Source: Ginkgo biloba (Eukaryota; Plantae; Ginkgophyta). Taken from it: DNA of 14,951 bases. The translations under genes were made by a program, and so were the position numbers. The notes below the pieces were generated by a model, which searched no databases, was not told where the DNA came from, and saw nothing but the letters and a program-made list of their open reading frames with translations. The stretch spans positions 253,291,185-253,306,135 of the forward strand of contig JANKJI020000002.1 in assembly GCA_024626585.2 (NCBI GenBank), given 5' to 3'. Of this stretch, positions 10,711 through 14,951 are shown one piece after another (within the stretch, counting starts at the first letter, position 1; each line of letters opens with the position of its first letter).

Positions 10711-10899
10711 CCTTCTTGCAAGGGTCAAAAAGACTAACATATTTTGGTTCTCCAATGAGGTTGTGGACGTAATCTTGAATTGGGATTCAAGATATCCATC
10801 TGATCTTAAAGGGAAACTAGTCTGTGAACTGCTATGGAGGAATCTCCCTAGATTTGTTTATTGAGCGGTATGGATTTCTAGAAACAGAGTTGTATTTGA

Positions 10900-11953
10900 A
10901 GGAGAGATAATGTCTTATGAGAGTTCCTTCTCTCGACCTTACCTAGAGACAAGGAATTACAGTGAAATTTTACAAATAGTGACATTCACATTTGTAGTGC
11001 CTTGTCCATTTAGTCGTTATTTAAATCCAAAAGGTTGGTTCCATGTCCTGTTCCAAAAACTTTTGATCCTAGAGTAGATGTAATCCCAAATGATGCTTGG
11101 AGACTTCGTTTTGATGGAGCTTGATGTAAAAATCCTAGGAGACCGAGAGCTAAGGGAGTTATTGTAAGTGGGATCATTCCAAAGTTTTATGTCTTCTAGA
11201 AGGATTGGGGAAGGCCTCCAACAATGAAGCAGAATTTAGAGCTCTAGCTAGAGGTCTCAAGTAGGCCATCAGGGAAGGGGTTGAGAATCTAATTGTGCAA
11301 GTTGATTCCTCCTTGGTTTGTAACTCAATGAAAGGGGGGGTGGTGCTTTATCATGTAGGCTTACGTTTGTTATTAGATGANNNNNNNNNNNNNNNNNNNN
11401 NNNNNNNNNNNNNNNNNNNNNNNNNNNNNNNNNNNNNNNNNNNNNNNNNNNNNNNNNNNNNNNNNNNNNNNNNNNNNNNNAGGGTGAAAGAACTCTTACA
11501 AGAGTTTCTTCTCTCGGCTGTTTACCCAGATATAGGGAAATTTTACAAATAGTGACATTCACATTTGCAGTGCCTTGCCGGTTTAGTCTTTTTTTAAATC
11601 CAAAAGGTTGGTTCCATGCCCTGTTCCCAAAACTACTGATTCCAGAGCAGGTGTAATCCCACTCTATGCTTAGAAACTCCATTTTGATGGAGCTTCACGT
11701 AAAAATCCTGGGAGAGCAGGAGCTGGGGGAGTTCTTTGTAAGTGGGATCATTCCAAAGTTTATGTTTTCTAGAAGGATTGGGGAAGGCCTCCGATAATGA
11801 AGCAGAATTAAGAGCTCTGGCTGGAGGTCTCAAGCTGGCCATCAGGGAAGGGGTCGAGAATCTAATTGCGCAGGGTGATTCTTTGTTGGTGTGTAACTCA
11901 ATGAATGGAGAGGTGGCACTTAATCATGCAGGCTTACATCTCTTATTGAATGA
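10900..11953 (+). repeat. Tandem duplication of a ~480-bp RNase H region across a 100-N gap
   Basis: ~10900-11380 aligns with 11481-11953 (e.g. gaaattttacaaatagtgacattcacatttg; ttaaatccaaaaggttggttccatg; ttctagaaggattggggaaggcctcc), with many scattered substitutions. Confidence 0.92.
11090..11380 (+). pseudogene. RNase HI-like domain (RVT_3 / archaeal-like), copy 1, disrupted and cut by a gap
   Basis: AWRLRFDGA*CKNP..., EGLGKASNNEAEFRALARGLK*AIREGVENLIVQVDSSLVCNSM. Confidence 0.9.
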
Positions 11954-12107
11954 GTGCCATGGCTTGGCGGGTGCATTCAGAATGTTTGAGGTGCATTCAG
12001 AATATTTAAGATTTTTCATATATTTAGAGATATGAACACATAGGTTGAGGTGCTGGTCAAGGAAGCGGTTTATTTGCTTCCAGGAGTTGCACAATCAAGG
12101 AATGACT
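11670..12107 (+). pseudogene. RNase HI-like domain (RVT_3 / archaeal-like), copy 2, frameshifted
   Basis: KLHFDGASRKNPGRAGAGGVL / EGLGKASDNEAELRALAGGLKLAIREGVENLIAQGDSLLV ... HIFRDMNT*VEVLVKEA. The first three catalytic acidic residues (D, E, D) are visible. Confidence 0.92.
11971..12010 (+). repeat. 20-bp tandem duplication causing a frameshift in RNase H copy 2
   Basis: GTGCATTCAGAATGTTTGAG followed by GTGCATTCAGAATATTTAAG. Confidence 0.85.
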
Positions 12108-12369
12108 GATCTTCATGATGGCTATGCTATGTCTCGGGGGAAGACGTTACTCACAATACTTTTTGTACATTTAGGTAAGGCTCAAAGCTGATTTTGTATA
12201 TTCAGAGTCGAGGCAGGAGACCATTTTTGCAGTAAGTCAGAACATCCCTATTGGCACGGTCTGAGGAATTCATCTTATGCTCACTATCGCTTCTGTGCCT
12301 AATGTAACATACCCTTTAAGTAAACAATATTTTCTTGGCTTTTCGAAAAAAAGAAATCAGTGCAAGATA

Positions 12370-13450
12370 GCAAATAAAGCAAGCCACTATTTGGTAGACA
12401 ATACAATGACTAAATTGTCTGCAAAAATAAAAAAATTTGAAGGAATTCAGGAAGTCAAGTAAGGATGAAATAAAGAAGCATGTGCTAGAAGGAAGAGAAG
12501 AATTGAAGCAAAAAGAACTTTTGGAAGGAATAAAGGCACTTTGTTCTAGGATTTTGACAGCCAAAGAAAATACTTCTGACTTAAGGAAGAAAATTTTGTT
12601 ACTAAAATCCGAGTAATTCAAACAAGTTTGGACTTTAATGCTATGGAAGATCAACAAAGGCAAGTATCTAAAGCACATTGAAACTCATAAAGTGTGGAAG
12701 GATTGTTTGAAAAGTTAGTGTAAACAAAAGCTGAAGAAAATCAAGTTGGAAAAATAACTTAGAAACATGTTTGCAGGTAGCTCACCTGTAGGATGAATCT
12801 CAAGAAAAAGTCAAGGAGATTGAGTCATACCAAGTCTAATTGCATTGGAATGCAAGTTTCAAGTATCAACTTGAACTGAAAATGAAGACAATCAAGGAAG
12901 ATATGGGAAATTGTACTCAGTTTGTTGAAGCGTTAGATGCACTGCAAGGCACATCAATAGCATCAGACAATAGTATAAGCAGAACCAACAGAAGAACAGA
13001 CGAAGGAACAAGTAAAACTAGTTGAGGAAGGTTGATTCCCTAAATGCCAAGGCCAAACCGTTTGAAGCAGATATCAATAAACTTATACAGGAAAGTGATA
13101 GAACGTTAATTCCCTAAAGGCTAAGGCGAAACCGTTTGAAGTAGATATCAATAGACTTATTATATGGGAAAGTGATGAATGTTGGGCACTGAAGCAAGCA
13201 ACACAAGAAATGGAGAACATGCAGGGCAGAACAAAATGACTTCCTTCAGAAGATGATTTGTATCGAGACTGTGGAGACCTAGTCCAAGAAAGATGCTAAG
13301 AAAAAAGAAAGAAAGAATACCAAACTGAACAAAATTTATTGTTGTGGTGGACTTGATTGAACAAAGAGAAGACACATGTGGAAGAGGAGCAGCAGTCAAG
13401 GAATTGAACAAGAAGCGGAGAAGCAACACCATGGCAGTGATGGTTGTCAA
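12370..13450 (+). pseudogene. Decayed extra ORF, segment 4 (coiled-coil-like)
   Basis: In frame with segment 3 once the L1 is excised: ...KNLKEFRKSSKDEIKKHVLEGREELKQKELLEGIKALCSRILTAKENTSDLRKKILLLKSE. Later LELKMKTIKEDMGNCTQFVEALDALQG and EEQTKEQVKLVEE. Confidence 0.6.
13031..13180 (+). repeat. 74-bp tandem duplication
   Basis: gtt.attccctaaa.gc.aaggc.aaaccgtttgaag.agatatcaata.acttat...ggaaagtgat occurs at 13031 and 13105. Confidence 0.92.
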
Positions 13451-13553
13451 CAGACAGTTTGAAATTAACTCTATATTATATTATAGGCACTCAATGCATA
13501 CGGAGGTGCGGCATTAATTTCACACCTCGGGACTTCTGTCTGTACCTTACAAT

Positions 13554-13571
13554 AACTTTGGGGACAAAGTT
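13554..13571 (+). other. Perfect 7-bp hairpin with GGGA (GNRA) loop upstream of a putative 3' LTR
   Basis: AACTTTG-GGGA-CAAAGTT. It resembles the CTTGAGGACAAG-type motif commonly seen just before the PPT of plant gypsy elements. Confidence 0.55.
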
Positions 13572-13590
13572 CAAATCCAGAGCTGGACAA

Positions 13591-14200
13591 TGTTAGGTGT
13601 AGGATCTTGAGATTTTAGATGTACTTTGGAAAGGTATTATCTGTTGTTAAAAATGCTTTTTGCTTCTTTAAATGCTTGAGGCAAAAAGGCTGTTCAAGTT
13701 TCATTTCTATGTAAATGACAGGTTGGAGCAAAGGTGGAGTAGAAACCTGTTTATAAATGATTGGAGCCTTTATTGAAGAATGGTTCCTTGAACTGTCATG
13801 TTTATGAGTGATGAATTGTGTTATCTTCTTCTGACAGCAGGGAATAAATAGGAGGTTGAAAGCATACACTCCCAGTGTTTTTCAACTTCTGGCCAAAGCT
13901 GACCAGACAATTTTCTTGTACTATCACAATCCCATTGGTTTACTCTCATTTTATTGAGTGCATATGGAAGTTAAACGTAGAAATAATGTGTTTTAATGAA
14001 ATAGTCTGGTGGTTGTTCATCTTGGGTCACAACTGTCTGCAATTATAGTTGTCTGCTTTGGAAATTAATTAGAGCAGTTTGTTTTGTATGAGAGAGCTTG
14101 AAAATTGGAATGAAACAGGGTTTGATAATGCCACCTTGATTGTGCAGTTATGCTGGAGCTGTTTTTGCTAANNNNNNNNNNTCCTGCTTAAAAGGTCTAA
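13591..14200 (+). mobile_element. Candidate 3' LTR (start TGTTAGG; end undefined)
   Basis: TGT lies 20 bp after the hairpin, coding-like purine bias is lost, and TATA-like TTTATAAAT occurs at ~13750. The PPT is poor and no 5' LTR partner was seen. Confidence 0.35.
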
Positions 14201-14622
14201 ATGGGGAGCAAAATGTCATGGAATGTTCTTATGTGCAGTCAAATGTTACAGAGTTGCCCTTCTTTGCCTCCAAGGTAAAAGATCGTTGTTCTGGATTTTA
14301 GGTTAAAGCTTCTATTTTTTTTAAACATATATGATGCAATTCTGTTTTCTGGCAGAATTATTGCATGCAAATTCTTTGTTCAAATTTATGTAATTTGATG
14401 TGATATATAAGAAACTATATTATGATTGGTCTGCATTGTGACCCTTATGTTTCAGAATCATTTATCTCACTAAAGTCTCCTTTTTAGATTCCCATTGCTC
14501 CGCAAATCATCTCTACTACACTAAACAGTGTCAGTCTTGGAAACATGCACCAATTACAATATGTGCAAAATGCATGTTATAGGTACGACTCAGTCACCCC
14601 TGACTAGAAATTGGAAATCCCT

Positions 14623-14636
14623 AACCTGCTCTGATA
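14623..14636 (-). other. Possible degenerate tRNA-iMet primer-binding site on the minus strand
   Basis: The minus strand reads TATCAGAGCAGGTT versus canonical TGGTATCAGAGCCAGGTT. The leading TGG is missing. Confidence 0.3.
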
Positions 14637-14951
14637 AAGAGTCCCAATTACAAATGCCACAAACAAATATGCCAGTTCACTGTCAAGCTTGATAATTTTG
14701 CTACTGGGTGCCTAAGACTTGGGCAAGAGTGAATCATTTGTTTCAGTGTACTTGAAAAAGTAACAGTGTAAAGTCTTTCAACATTTCTCTGTTTCAAACA
14801 ACTATGCAGCGCAGGAAAGCCTTGAATATGGGTCTTGCTAGATCATGAGAACTTAATTCAGAATTGGTGTCTGTTGTAATGCTGCTGGGCTAAAAGAGGT
14901 ACTGTTGGAATCTCAAGCTCCTCAAGGCTACAAATGCCCAGGGCACATCCC

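Larger units (their letters stand above)
10114..12350 (+). mobile_element. 5'-truncated plant L1 LINE (ORF2 C-terminus: zf-RVT plus RNase H; 3' UTR; short A-tail)
   Basis: Starts WAVGRGVSVHLWDHTW (10115-10162; cf. WxVGxGxxIxFWxDxW). Continues EDPLV*...YKVK, zf-RVT, AVWISRNRVVFEG and RNase H. A-run at 12346-12352. Bounded by a 19-bp TSD. Confidence 0.92.
10095..12369. repeat. 19-bp target-site duplication AAGAAATCA(A/G)TGCAAGATA (10095-10113 and 12351-12369)
   Basis: 18 of 19 positions are identical in this direct repeat, which flanks the L1 exactly. The right copy directly follows the A-tail. Confidence 0.9.
3700..13590 (+). mobile_element. Decayed Ty3/gypsy-like LTR retrotransposon internal region (gag, PR, truncated RT, extra ORF region) with nested insertions
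   Basis: gag, protease and RT-start relics in gypsy order on the + strand, a persistent purine-rich + strand bias through 13450, and a terminal hairpin followed by TGT at 13554-13593. No matching LTR pair was seen, so treating this as one element is an inference. Confidence 0.55.

Noticed and set aside
1381-11682. ORFs containing long X runs
   Set aside because: They appear open only because they cross N gaps (1459-1558, 7414-7626, 9150-9217, 9706-9792, 11381-11480).
11742-12035. RNase H ORF as a host or horizontally acquired rnhA gene
   Set aside because: It is frameshifted, lies downstream of zf-RVT, and is enclosed by the L1 TSD and A-tail, so it is part of L1 ORF2.
13031-13180. CRISPR-like repeat-spacer arrangement
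   Set aside because: There are only two units, similar along their whole length with no unique spacers, and the context is eukaryotic TE sequence.
4019-13450. Numerous minus-strand F/L/S-rich ORFs in the ORF track (e.g. 4930-5178, 5774-6033, 8265-8612, 9331-10007, 12316-12678, 13160-13450) that look like membrane proteins
   Set aside because: They are antisense shadows of the purine-rich + strand retroelement coding relics and have no independent support.

Overview
AT-rich eukaryotic DNA, most likely from a land plant. The element families resemble those I associate with ferns and other non-angiosperms, which is an inference. The window has several assembly gaps and no intact host gene, RNA gene or CRISPR array. 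It is a nest of decayed retrotransposons. (1) 1-~3520: a + strand non-LTR element (RTE-group/RTEX-like RT plus C-terminal Cys/His motif). It has two internal tandem duplications and a short minus-strand L1 fragment inserted, with a 20-bp TSD, exactly at its degenerate FADD motif. (2) ~3700-13590: a decayed Ty3/gypsy-like element with gag (several zinc knuckles), a protease remnant and only the start of RT. Where RT/RH/IN would be, there is a long purine-rich, coiled-coil-like extra-ORF relic. (3) That relic is interrupted by a probable solo LTR (8671-~9200) and by a 5'-truncated plant L1 (10114-12350). The L1 has a 19-bp TSD, an A-tail, a zf-RVT domain and a duplicated archaeal-like RNase H. 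Most ORFs in the supplied track are antisense shadows or fragments of these relics. All protein-family assignments come from manual translation and motif recognition, not from database searches.
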